Origin: Callorhinchus milii
Lineage: Eukaryota
Direction of reading: 5' to 3'
Length of the DNA stretch: 64,000 nucleotides
Assembly (NCBI RefSeq): GCF_018977255.1
Contig: NW_024704742.1
Span: 97,404,001 to 97,468,000 of the forward strand
The notes beneath the pieces are model-generated. The model was not told where the DNA came from, searched no databases, and worked only from the letters and a program-made list of their open reading frames with translations. Numbering within the stretch: position 1 is the first letter of the stretch; each line of letters starts with the position of its first letter. The translations under genes were made by a program, and so were the position numbers. Shown piece by piece: positions 12,918 through 26,395 of this stretch.

Positions 12918-15666
12918 AAACGCGGCAACCAATTGCGCACAGCAGTGTCCCACAAATAGTCATGCATTGAAGTGACCAATTTTATTGTTGTTTTTTCTTC
13001 AGGGATTATTAACGTGCAAGTGAATGAGTCTGAGGAAATTATAATTGTATGATTGACAATCTGATATGAGTAAGAGAGAATTGTTTTGTGGGAAGTAATA
13101 ACTGTATACACTGGGTTACTTACTTCATATAAACAAGTAAAATGTGAAACAAAGTGAAATACTATCCTTTTTTGTGTTGATCAAAGCAGAACATTCCCTG
13201 GACTCAGCTAGGAATCTGTGAATGCCAGGAATGGGTCTGAAATTACTCAAGGCTGGTGGTTATCCCTGGAGGGTTGACAGGTGTGACTATTATCTCTTGC
13301 TGTGGTTGCATCTGTGGTTGAGGCAAGGTGTAGTTTTTCTTTTCTTTCTTCAGAATATTTAACTCATTACATTTCAGTCTTTCCTCCCTGGAGCTGAGTT
13401 ACCCACACGCATTCTGTCAACTTTGTTGCGATAAGCTTTCGCATTCTTGGGCAATTTCTAAAAAAAACTATCTAGCTACATATCTCCTGTTAATAGGTTT
13501 ACAGAGCTCCAAGGCCATTACAGACACATAATCACAAGGCACTGTAAAACATACACTGGAAATGTAGCATGGAATGTGAAAAGGCTGTTCAGACCATTAA
13601 GCCTGCTCCCTTCACAGACTACTCAAAATCAACCTATCATGGTTTTCACTCTATCCTTTCTGTCTACTCAGGGGAAAGCTCAATAGATGATCTCCAAACC
13701 CCCAAGGCTATCAATAAAAGTTCCAAAATATTCTTCCAACTCCACATATCCACCATTCATCCCTGTTCTGCTCTTCACAGAAATCATTTTGTCCAAGGAG
13801 TATTTGTCATAAGCGCCCTCTTGTGAGACTTTGTGAATAATAGGTTTATCTAGGAGGTAGCTTGAGCTGTTTACAAACCAAAAGTTAAAACTCTTTTCTA
13901 GGTCACCAACTCAGAAGTTAAAAATTGGTTGATGTTAGCACAACAAAAGTAGTTGACTCCACGCCTGGCTACTGGACTTGAGTGTTAAGTTTTGGGTCCA
14001 ATCAGCCATTCTCTGATAAACAAATGGGATGGTGCAAAATTTATGTCAATAACTCAAACTGTGATGATACTATCAGATACTAAGTGACAATATGAGATGC
14101 CAATTTCATTTGATGAGTGAGTTGAATTAATTATTTAGTGGACAGATTCCATGACTGGTACTGATGTACACTATTACTTGAGCACTAATAATGGCCATTC
14201 TAGTTGAGGGTACCAACTTAGGCTAGTAATAAACACATAGATATGAATTTCTTATATTATATTCTTAAGAAATTCATTATTAAAAATAAAAGACCTTGCT
14301 GCTCTGTGTACACAATTGTGTGTGCATTGAGGTTCAGAATACGTTCATTCCAAAAAGATAGCTTGGGAATTATATTCCTTGAAGCTGGGGAAAAGCACAT
14401 ATGGATGATCTATGGATGTATCTGCGGATGTAAAGTGTACCAGAGTGACTGACATTTTTCTATTTTGAAAACTTGGTACTTGAGCCTGACAGGAAATTGG
14501 ATCGGAGCCATTCCCTTATGACGGTCAACGTCATGTATTTTCAACTACACAATATAAAGCTTTTCTTATGTGCATTGTAAAGGTTTTCTTAAATGTATTG
14601 TGCCTACACTACATTTTATGTTGGTAAATTCATGTTATGACAGTAAAGTGCCTGTGTCATACCTACAGTGTATTTTGTGTTGCTAAATTCATGTTAACAT
14701 ATTCCATAATTAATAGTGGAGCAAATACACTGCTAAAGTGCAAGCAAAAATAAGTATGTCAGCAGGAAGCTTCTTCCTGTCACAATGTATTTAACTTGTT
14801 TTTCTGTTCCTTGCCATCTGTTTCTTCGTAGCTCATATGTTATACCTGACTAAACCAATTGTAGCCATGTATCTCATCTTTCAGCCGTGCATGAGGTTAC
14901 TGATCTTTCCGCTGTGCATGAGGTTACTGCTGGTTAGCAAACACTACTGCTGCATACTAATAACATCATTTTAGTGGAGTGATACAATATCAGTCTTCAC
15001 GTTTGAGACCTATTTGTGTTCTTGTCCATTTGTGGGGGGAGGGGGAAGAACTACTGGGCAAAATAATTAAAATATATATCATATGTGGGATATTGCTTTC
15101 TGAGGTACTTTAGTTCAGAGTGGAATCTATATTCCCCAGTCCCAATCTTGCCCAGGGCTGAGGAGAGGAATTAACTAGTTGTTTTTATGTTATTATAAAG
15201 CACTAGAAAATGGTTTAGTTAAAAATTCTTGAGTGGTCCATTGAATCATCAAGATCTTTTCATGCACCTTTTCCGAATGTAGGCTAAATCCCTTAAATGG
15301 TATTAAGGGATATGGGGAGAAAGTTGGAAATTGGAATTGAAAGGATTAGTTGAGATTCAGATCAGCAATGCTCTAATTAAATGGCAGAACAGTCTTGAAG
15401 GGCTGAATGGCCTACTCCTGTTCCTATTTTCCTAAATGAATCTTCATGGGTCACATTTATGTTCCACAGATATTTTCTTTGGTCAGCTGGATGTCTAACA
15501 CATGTGGAAACCCATCACCAATCTTAAGAATATCCAAACCAAACTGAAAATTCCATGCATCCCACCTACACATGGAAAATACATAATATGTATTTATTAA
15601 TTTTTGGGGGTCAGTTGGATGTCTGATACAAACAGAAACCCATCACCACACTTTTGCTGTTTATTT

Positions 15667-16060
15667 GGCTCAGTTGGTAGCACTCTTGCCTCTGAGGTAG
15701 AAGTTTGTGGGTGCAAGACCCATGTTGGGACTTTGAACTGACATAGTTTGGGCTGCCACTCCAATGCAGTACCGGGGATGTGCAGGTTTCTTAGAGATGG
15801 CATCAGTCACATAGTTAAAGATGACACTCCAAAGCAGGCTAAGGGGTGTTGCATTGTTGAAAATGCTGTCCTATGGATGAGATATTAAACTAAGGTCCAT
15901 TTGTTTGTTCACGTACATGTTAAAGATCCCATGGCACCATTCAAAAAGAAAAGGGAGTTTCTCCCTGTCTCCTGGACAATAATCCTCTCCCCACACACAG
16001 ACACACATAATAAAATTGGTCATTCACTTCATGGCTGTTTGTGAGACACTATTATGTCCA
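15667..16060 (+). mobile_element. Old Deu-domain SINE with tRNA-like head
   Basis: Head ggctcagttggtagcactcttgcctctgag and Deu core gatgagatattaaac...taaagatcccatggcaccattcaaa. Similar copies lie at 1-400(-), 4290-4450(-), 27787-27990(+), 40585-40780(-) and 42248-42500(+). Confidence 0.72.
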
Positions 16061-16074
16061 TATTGAGGCATTAT

Positions 16075-16330
16075 TCCAGCCAGGGTGAAACCTTAGGCAA
16101 GTTTCCTTACTCCACACGCCTAATAATCCCTACAAAACAAAAACAATAATAAACTGGTCATTTTCAATCCATGACTGTTTGTGGGACACTGCTGTGCACA
16201 ATTAGCTGCCGCGTTTCGCCCACAATTATACAGTCAATTCGCTTTACAGCATATTCTGTGAAGCGCTTTGAGACGTTTAGAAAACGTGAAAAGCGTTATA
16301 TTGAATCCAAGGATTATTATTATTATTATT
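16075..16330 (+). mobile_element. 5'-truncated SINE copy inserted in an older Deu-type SINE
   Basis: Family body (aaaccttaggcaagtttccttactccacacgcc...) and (TTA)n tail. The older SINE resumes at 16330 (gctgtgcacaagttggctgcc). Confidence 0.85.
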
Positions 16331-19300
16331 GCTGTGCACAAGTTGGCTGCCACTTTTGCCTACAAAACAGTCACTGGATTTTACATTAAAGCCTGTGAAA
16401 CACTTTGAGCTGTCCTCCTGATGTGGATTCAATTGCAAGGTTTTTTTTATTATTACGTCATTGTCAGTTCTGTTCTATCCAGTAGTTCTGCTCAAGTTAC
16501 AGAGGCATTGCCTCTTACAAGATTATGCACAGACTAGCCTTATACATACATAGCAGAGAAGGCCTTCTATGTCTCCTGCTTTGCCATAGTTGTTTGAGTA
16601 GCCATTCATCAGTTCCGTTCCTTTAACCCAGAAGTAGAATACATGCACAATGAGCTGTTTTATAATATAAAAGGGAAACGTGGGAGCAATGCATACTGAA
16701 TATGTATACCACTAACATTAATTACACAATTTAATAACAGTTCAGATTAAATATATCGGACAATTGTTTTTTTAAATTATGGTTGAAAGAAACGGTCAGT
16801 GTGCAAAGCCATGTTACAAGTGAAATAATAATAATAATCCTTGTTTGATTTAGTATCTTATCACATCTTCAAGATATCTCAAAGTGCTTCACAGGGTATA
16901 CTGCAAAGTGCTGTGCCAATAATTTTAATGGGCATGTTTAGTAAATATTTAGGAAGAGCAGTGCCCAATTGCGGAGCTCATTGAAACAACTTGGCAATGA
17001 GACCTTTTGGCAGCCATCTCCCTACCTGCAGTGCAATGATTGGGTTGCTGCTGATGGCTCCTGAAGTGCATTTTGTAGATTGCCTGGCATTTCAACTGTT
17101 TTATGTCATCAGCCGGGTATCAGGTGACAACCGTGGAAAACCATCACCATGCTGGAGTTTCCCTACAGTGCGTCATTGCCTTTCTTTATTCATTAATTTG
17201 TACAGAGACATTTTGCAGACTTCAACAAAAGTAGCAAAAATAAACTGACTAAAATATCTCAATTTCTAGGCTATCCTATGCATTACTTGATGACCTCTCC
17301 TCTTCCACTCGTGATATATCTACTAATGTGCTTACTACACCCACACTCAGAAAACTGCTCTGTGCTATTCACTTAAAAGAAAATGCACAAATTTTATTAC
17401 CACCTATGTTGAAATTGTGTGCTTTGTTGAGCTAACTATTAATGTCAACCATGCAAATAATAGTTCATTGTTTAATGCTACCATATACACTGTGGAATGC
17501 TACAAACATTTTTCCTTTATGTCCTTTAACATGCCTCAGTATTTTCCCCTCAGTTTCATTAAAAAGATGTTAGTGGCTGGTTCTCAAGGGCTAGGAATGC
17601 TAAGAGAATTTTTTAAACATGATCTCCCAATGTTCTGTTGCTCTTGGCACAGTCTATGTCGTTTCTAATGTGTCAGGCCGTAAAGTTATTGAGTGTTATA
17701 GTGTTACAGTGAAGTGCTTATCCATGTTAAAAGAAAATGCACAAATATTATTCAATTAATTATTCATCTTGATACCTGAGTGAAAAGTACAGAGCAGCAT
17801 ATCATTTATTCTGTGTTTTTTTGTTATTACATACCAGCGCTCCAAGGTGCTATCTTGCGCGAAGGGTACTATATAAATACAAATAGTTTATATATATATA
17901 TATATGAAAATGTGTAACTTTGTTCACTGTTTTTGAGATTGCTTGGTATTTTTAAGTATTTTTATTACTTATGTGGGAATGATTTGCATGTGTAGGGGTT
18001 AAAATTATGTTTATTACAATAAAAGGAGGGCATTTTTAGGACATTCTAACTGTTTGCATAAAATGCGTGCAGTGTGAATACTTCTGTTTTTCTACTTCCA
18101 TTTCTAGTTTAAATAGCTATACTTATGGAATCTTCTCTCTTAAGCAATCAGCTCTATAACAAATGAGTTGCTGGAGGCATTAGACTTTGCTTGGAAAATA
18201 CAAGTGTTTACAAATAGACTTTTCATTACACCATTAATTGAGATGAAAATTAAAACTGTATGTAGTGTTTTTGCTAAAAATCCAACTCTTTAATTTGCTT
18301 GCTATTTCATTCAGCCCTCTCTTTTATCTCTCTCTCAAATTACTGGTATTTACAGAAGTGTTTTTTTTATCATATTATAAATTGTTAGAAATGAAAGCAG
18401 CGAGCAGAGGAGGTTGAATGATAAAACCGTGTGAATCAGATGAAAGAGTTAAACCTGTAATGAATATTCTTGTTTACTGAAAATCTAGCAGATTTTTATG
18501 CTAGACCAACTTTATCTATACAACCACACAAATAATTATCTATGATAATTAGCAGCCTGAAGATGAATCTCTAAATGTTTTTCTGATGATAGTGCTGGGG
18601 TTGGCAGGTGTTAAAAGTGCCTCCTAGGGACAAAGATTGAAGAGGGGATAGTTCCGTCTAATCCTTGAGGCAAGGATGTTTTGCATTGTATTCTGTCATG
18701 TGAAAAGGAGCCTTGTGTGGTGCCCTGTTAATGAAATTTAATAGGCAAAGGTCATGTATCTTTATGAGAAAACAGAGGAGCTCTAGCATGATGAATGTTC
18801 TGTGCAGAGTTCAATGGAGGGTGCTCATGGATAAAATCCATGTTTAAACAGTGTTCCATGCTACTGATAACCATTTGACAATCTAAAGGACTAACCCACG
18901 TAAATATTTTTGTACCTTGTCACCTATTATCAAAACCCATTCCAACCCGGAATAGTTTTCTGTGCACAAATGTTTTGATAGCTGTAGTCTAGAGCCAGTT
19001 ATCTTTCACATCTAGTATTCAAAAGCAGTTGACATATTAGTCTTCAATAAATACTTAATTCTCAAGTGAAAGTTGGACTTTGAAAATGGGACCAGATTTT
19101 ACTTAGGTTTTTAATTCATATTTTGATTAGTTATATATAGAGATTTGAATATTCGTTTCTCAGCATGAATGTCAAAAATTCTAAAGGCTTGCTTCTTGAA
19201 GTTACATTTTGGTGATGGTGTGTCATTTTATAAATAAGAAAGATGCATTCAAACCTTTCCTGGAGGGTAGAGAGGCAGGGGTAAGGGACAATAAGGAGCT

Positions 19301-20619
19301 TTTGGAAAACCCTGAGTTTTTAGAAGATGCATAAAACAGTTAAATTTAGAAATGCTGCTGGTTTGTAGTAGAGCTGTGATGATACCAGTTCATTTGCTGT
19401 AGTTCTACTGCTGAGTTGGGAGACACTTCAATAAATCAAACAGAGCTTGATGGATTCTCCAATTCATTCAAATGAATGCCTGGAAGAGTGAAGAAATCTT
19501 GCAGTATTCCCTGTTTGACAAAGGCTGTGCAAAGAGCCTGAATGGATGAATGGTTGATTAATTTTTGCCAGAAATATTACTGACAGCAAGAACTGTATTT
19601 TTGCTTTTACTTTGTTTGTGTGGTATGTTTTTTGTTGTTGTTGAAGGGTGCAAAATACTTTTTTGTGCCAATGTATACCTACAGTCAAAGTATGTAATCT
19701 GCTGTCAAGCATTCTGCATCAAAATAATGATGATGTTTAATTTACTCTACTTTCTCAAGAGTTGGATTGTCTTATTTTGTCAGTAGCTTAACCAAATACG
19801 AATGTAATCCCAAACAATTTGTGCCATTTATGTCACCAGTATTCTATATTTCAATTCCAAGTGTTAAGATATTTTTCTGGCTTTCTCACTAAGTATCTTT
19901 GTTGATAGCAAGGGGTTTCCTGTTTGCAGAATACTAAATGTGTTATAGAAAGAGGGACATTTTCATTTTAGTGGAGTTCACATTAAATATTTGATATAAA
20001 TCACAAACAGATGGCCCTCGACAATGTAAGGAAGCAGTATTGCTATTTTCAAGACTCTTGTAACACACTGTTCTACAATTATACCCAGAGGTTTCACAAA
20101 GATGCTACAAATTTATTATATTTACCTTCTTTTTGTTAATGAAAACTAAGATTAAAATGTAGAAACCTCATTGCAAAGGTTTGTGGTTAAGCAGATAGTA
20201 CATCTGTTCTGGTATGAATGTATGGCAGTCAATGGATTTGTGGAGCAGACTACTAGAAATAGTTTCCTTGCACAATTTATTCAGAGAAACGTGAAAGAAT
20301 CCACCTCAATTTATATAGTATAAAAATGGTTTCCGCTGTCTAGAACTCCATCCTGGAGTTTCTCCATCTACCTGCTTTCTCAGCCCACCTTAAGACCTAT
20401 CTTTTGGACTGCACTTTTGGTCAGTTTTCCCCGACCCCTTCCACTCTCAGCTGCCCCCTCAGCTTGTGCTCCCTTTCAGCTGTGTGAAGAGCTTTAAGAC
20501 ATGCTCCCGATGTGAAAGCAGCTGTATAAACATAAATTGCAATTGTAATATAGTTATACAATGGGTTTAGGAGTGTGACAGTGTTGGATTTAATAATAAT
20601 AATAGTAATAATCCTTAAT

Positions 20620-20823
20620 AATAATCCCTCCAAAAATCAAAAACAATAATAAATTGGTCATTTTCAATCTACGACTGTTTGTGGGACATTGCTGTGCGCA
20701 ATTGGCTGCCGCGTTCGCCCACAAATATACAGTCAATTGACTTTACAGTGTGTTCTGTGAAGCGCTTTGGGACGTCCTCCCGACATGAAAAGTGCTATAT
20801 CAAATGCAAGGATTATTATTATT
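20620..20823 (+). mobile_element. 5'-truncated SINE copy
   Basis: Nearly identical to the reverse complement of 45799-46000, including the gggacgtcctcccga tail variant. Confidence 0.88.
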
Positions 20824-23800
20824 ATATTTGTATGGCATCTTTTATACCTGGAGGATGTCCCACAGTACTTCACAGGATATATTGTAAAGTGCAAGGACTT
20901 TTTTTGTGAACAAAAAGTAATAGTGTGCTCATTACTCAGTGGCTCTAACTAGTATTAGAAAATAAATGGACAGAATGCAAATTTATTTAGAGAATTTAAA
21001 AAATGTCTTGTTCTGTAAATAAAGGAACAGTACTGTAGGTACATATGACTCCTGACAATAAGGCTGCATTTTTGTTTTGAGCAGTTTAGTACTGTTTGAG
21101 CTAAAGTGGCAACAACAAAATGCGTTTTTTAAAAAAAAATGTTTTTGGACCTGAAAAGTCCTAATTGGGTGCCCTGATTCTTCCTAACAAGAGTTGGCTG
21201 TATACTATTATGGAATTCAGATGTCTGTTTATTATGTGAGGCTAGAAGACAGAAATCTTAAGATTTTGTGTTAAATACGAACATAGCAGTGTACATGACC
21301 CCAAAAAATCATTATGGTTTATTCTGAGTCCCAAGATGCTATCTGGATCTAGACTTCTGGGTTTCATAGTTGCTCTATGATTTGGGACAGTCAAATACTT
21401 TTGGATATTCTTAGACTTCATAATACAGTACCCAGGATCAGTATGATTGGAATGGTTTGAACAATGAACACTGAGATTGGTCTGTCACAGAAACTTTTAG
21501 GTGTCTTGGGGCAAGTGGGAATGTTACAAATATTTTCACTGGCATATTTTATGCATCTGCAAATACAGATTGTATGCTTTCATTGAAAAATACTGGAGAG
21601 TCCTGCAGATGGAGAGGATATGCTGCAGTCATCCTGCTAAGGAAAACAAGTAGCTCGATTAAGCAGAAGTCTGGAAGTATCAAACAAATAAATGGTCTCT
21701 ACAGGAATTTGAAGTCTAAAATATAGGAGTCAATTAAGATTGAACTTCATCAGAATTTCTAAAGATTGGTGGTTGGGTTTAAGTGAAGAAGATGTATTCG
21801 TATTTCCGGGATACTCAGTTTGCCAGAATAATTGACATTTGGAGCTGCATGAGGCTTTTATGAGACCAGAACTTCCCTATAAATTTATAGAGATACATTC
21901 TTGATAGGTTGTTCAAAGTCTAATAGATGAAACTTTGTAAAATGGTTGCACGTTCAATCAAATAAATGACTGCACTTCTTTTCTAATCCTCAGGATAAAT
22001 GTTTATAAAACAAGCCAAAACAAATGTGTTTAAAATTTGATTTAGTCAGGCCTAAGCTGTAGTTGTGTCCTTTCGAACACTTTTCTTCAAAAGGACAAAG
22101 AAAGTTCTTTTAGAGAGCAAGCATAGATCTAATGAGTCAGATAGCCTTCTGTGCTGTATAATTCTTTGATTCTAGGTATAGAAGTCTGGTCAAATCATTA
22201 AGAATGCAAAAATTATTGATACAGATGTTTTGCTTGATGATTGTTCTGCAACACTTTTAATCTGGTACTTCTGAACCTACCTGCACTCTCATTCATACTT
22301 ACATGAAACACACATCAGGTCTTTTCTGTCATTCCTAATAGAGAATTCATTGTTTGTGCTTGTATCTAAAATAAGAAAAAAGCATTGAAATAAAGAGAAA
22401 GAATGGGAGAGAAAAAAAACACAAGCAATGAACGTGTATTTACATCAAAGCTTATCACATCTATTCCAAAATGTATTTCTTTTTATTGGAAAGTTCACCT
22501 CTTATTGTGAAATGCATGAGGGACATAAATTATAGAAGGACCAGTAGTTCGGCACTGATTTCTTAGACATATAATTAATTCATCTTAGAAATATGGTATT
22601 TTGGTTTGAATTCATGGAGCCATTATCATTATCATGTCATCACTGGGCAGCCACTGGCACATTGGATTAGGCTAGGAATTGGGTCCTCACCACATTTCAG
22701 CTCAGGAGATGTGTACACCAGTGTGGCAAAATGGGAGGAATATCAGTAGGTATCATGGAGTGGGAGGAAGAGGAAAAGACTGTTGACTTGTCTCAGTATT
22801 AGTTATAATGTTTGCCAATTATTTTCACTAACTGGAAACTGTGAATGAACTGCCTGAAATATATAAGTGGAAGTTATTCTTTATAGCACTGTGTAGTATT
22901 GAAGTCTGAGATAAAGACATGCTGGGGGAACATTGGTTGGATTTTAAGTGTACGTTTGATTGACTGATGCTGGGTCTTGGGTTCAACTATAGAGAGATGG
23001 CTTAATTACACAGATCCTGTCTACTGAACTGCCGTTTTTCACCTCACTATTAGTTGATGTCATCCATCTCAATCTTTCCTCTGACATGGTACCCCTCCTT
23101 TCAAAAGCCCCTTTCATTACTCCCTTTCTAAAAAAAGAAACACATTTTATTCCCTCCTACCTCTCCATATGTCCTTCCTTACCAAGGTTCTGGAATTTCT
23201 TGTTCCCTCTCAGTACAGCTTTTTCCTCTCTCATCTGTACAGTCTGATGAGTTAGGCCAAGGTAGATCTCCCACCCTGGACTTTGAGACATTCTCCTTCT
23301 AAGGTGTTATTTAAGGGCAGACTGTTGTCATGTGCACCAGGTGGGTGAATGCATTGATGTCTTAAAGTTTGAATACAACTCACTATCTTGTATGTTATGA
23401 GAAAAGAGTAATGCTTATGAACCACATTTAAAATTCCCTGCCAAGGTATTTCTTCAAGTCATATCTGCTCCTATATGTATCCATCTGCTATCTTTCTTTC
23501 TTTATGCTCCATGTAAAGTTTAAATATGGTACTGATCAAATACCACAATGTGGTTACGATGATGGGAAATGATGGCTGATTAAAGAGTGGCAGAAAATCC
23601 ACTCAACTAGATGTATCCCAGAAAATTTGGCCACATTCTTTGTTATAATCTTATAGGGACAGATCCTAGTGATAAGAAAGAATATTCAATTTTACACAAA
23701 CAATAATTGCAACTGTATACATTTGAAGGACATTGCATTCCAGGATATTCATCAGGCCGCAACATTAAGGAATATTTCACTTTGAACAAATGTTACTTTA

Positions 23801-23964
23801 TTGAATCTTATCGCAAAGAAATAGATGCAATTTTTCAGTGTTTACCACTGCTTTAGATAGTGAAAAGGTATCATCCTCCCTCTTCCCAAGAAATCCTACC
23901 TTGGCAAAATGTTCTCATTCTTTGAATTGGCTCAAGCTATGTATACCTTATATGTAATAATAAT

Positions 23965-24133
23965 AATTTGGTCACTCAATCCACGACTGTTTGTGGGACA
24001 CTGCTGTGCTCAATTGGCTGCCGAGTTTCACCCACAAAATATACAGTCAATTCACTTTACCGTATATTCTGTGAAGCGCTTTGAGACATCTCGAAGACGT
24101 GATAAGGCGCTATATCAAATGCAAGGATTATTA
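23965..24133 (+). mobile_element. 5'-truncated SINE copy
   Basis: Family body and tail. Confidence 0.85.
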
Positions 24134-26045
24134 TATTTATGTAATGGTTATAGCAAATTGTAAATTTCTTCAATTTGATTTTCCATGAAGAAAAGAAATG
24201 ATGTTGGGATACCCACCAACTCACTCTTGCATATACTTATAGCAGCAAAGTGGCTAGCAGCCCTGCTCTCCCAGCATAGGTAAATGGCCTTGGATTTACA
24301 TAGAGTGATGCACCAGCTCCACTCCTTTTATTCCTCTCTCCAATAACCCACTATTCACTTCTCTCCAATGTATACAGGAACTAGAAAGGAGAGAAAATTA
24401 GGTGAGGGAGGAAAAATAATATACATAGATTTTTTAAAATAAAATAATGCAGGGAAAAGGAAGTGTGTTTAAGTTTGTACTATTTGCAAGGGGAAAAAGT
24501 TAAAATGGAGGAGTGATGTGATCAATGAAACATCATAAGCAAAGGCATTGGATTGAACATCAAAATGTCTTAAAGACACAGTGCTGCTTATTCTTTTCCC
24601 TTTTTTGTTAGCTAGATTTAGCCATTGCATGCAGAGGATAATTTCAATGGACTGAAGATACAGTAACTGAAAATTAATTTTAATGTGTTGATTTTTGAAA
24701 ATTATGAGAAATTTCAGCAATAATTTCACAGCCAACACTGTATCCAAATCTAGTGCAATAGAATCCCTTTTGCATTCCTTTAACCTAATGACTTGATTCA
24801 GCACTGTGACAGATTAATTTAAAATCCATGCCCTGACTCGTGTGATATTTGAGGAAAAGAAAATATGCTTTTCACAAATGAATTAAATTGACTTGTTAGA
24901 CAAGGCTAATAAGATAACAGGCGAACTGAATGAATAAGAGAAAACATATTCAGACTGATATATGAGGAGAATTTTGAATATTTTAGAAGATACAAATATT
25001 CTTAATAAAGTTCTTAAACCATCACGATTGTTCAAGCCTGTACTCAATAAAAACAATAATGGCTCTAAATAAACAATTATAATTAAGAACATTAAGATAT
25101 ATTTTTAAACCGGTATTTCACCAAATAAATACACACATTTTCTGGTGAAAGACAGTCAGCAAAAAAACAAATTTCTCCTGAATGTTGTACCCCCATCCCC
25201 CAATTTAACCAATATTGTTTGGTGGTGCACTGCATTGTGAAACAAGTGTGCACATACATGTGTTTGTTAAACTTTCATTTGAAGCTTCTTCAGTAAACGT
25301 GTGCACAGGCAATCAAGTTATTTTTTTGCCTGAGTGAAAGGTAAGCCTTTGATACTTTTGGACAGTGTAGAGATAGAGATAGATACAATCATAGAAAGAG
25401 ACAGAGTTAGAGAGATTGAATGATAGGGACAGAGTGGCCAGGAGAGAGATTAGCTACAAATACCGTTATACAGTGACAGTATAACTGCTGATGAACATTT
25501 GTTTTCTTAGCTTTGTAGCTAATTTATATTTTGGTGATATCTAATTATCTGCACTGACTTATCCACAATAGGGCCAATCACTATTTAACATGGATAATCA
25601 GCTCTCTACTGTATCAAAAATTGTGTTCACCAATAGAGCAACTGTTTTGGTAGAATTTGTCTTGCTTTCTTGAGCTTTTTCGATGTTCCAATTAAAATCC
25701 TAATTCTTACCAAATGTACCTCTATTTGTGTTAAACTATTTCACTCAGTTTTCTCTCATTGCCTCTGCAATCTGCTGAACTCTTATTCCCTCTACTCCTT
25801 CTGCTTTGGCTTGCACAATACTTTCTGCCTGCTTCATCTCACCATCGATAGGCAAGCTTTTAGCCAATTTGCCCTGCTCGCTGAAAGCCTCTTTCGTCTC
25901 ACTGGAGCTTTCTTTCGTCTCTCTCTGCACGCCCCTCCCCATTTTCAACAACATGTCTTAAATGCTTTCTCTCTGATTGTGACTTGAGCCACCTTATCTC
26001 TTACCCCATCCCATTCACTTCCCACCCCAAGCTCGCACTCCTTCA

Positions 26046-26395
26046 TTATAATAATAATCCTTGCATTTGATATAGCGCCTTAACACATCTTTGAGACATT
26101 TCAAAACACTTTACAAAATATATTGCAAAGTGAATTGACTGTATATTTTGTGGGTGAAAAGCAGCAGGCAATTGCACACAGCAGAGTCCCACAAACAGTC
26201 ATGGATTGAATGACCAAATTATTATTAAATTTTATTTTAAAAATTTCATTTAAAAGGGATTATAACCCCTAGAAAAGTGATCCGCCAATTGACTAACAAG
26301 GAAATCTGCCTAACATTTTGCTCTGCCTGATAATCTAATCCAGGTCCTTTTGTTTGCAAGTCGAGTGCTCTAACCAATACGCTACAGGATTCCAC
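26046..26395 (-). mobile_element. tRNA-derived SINE copy (variant middle segment)
   Basis: Tail aataataatccttgcatttgatatagcg at the left and head ...gctacaggattccac at the right. Confidence 0.85.
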
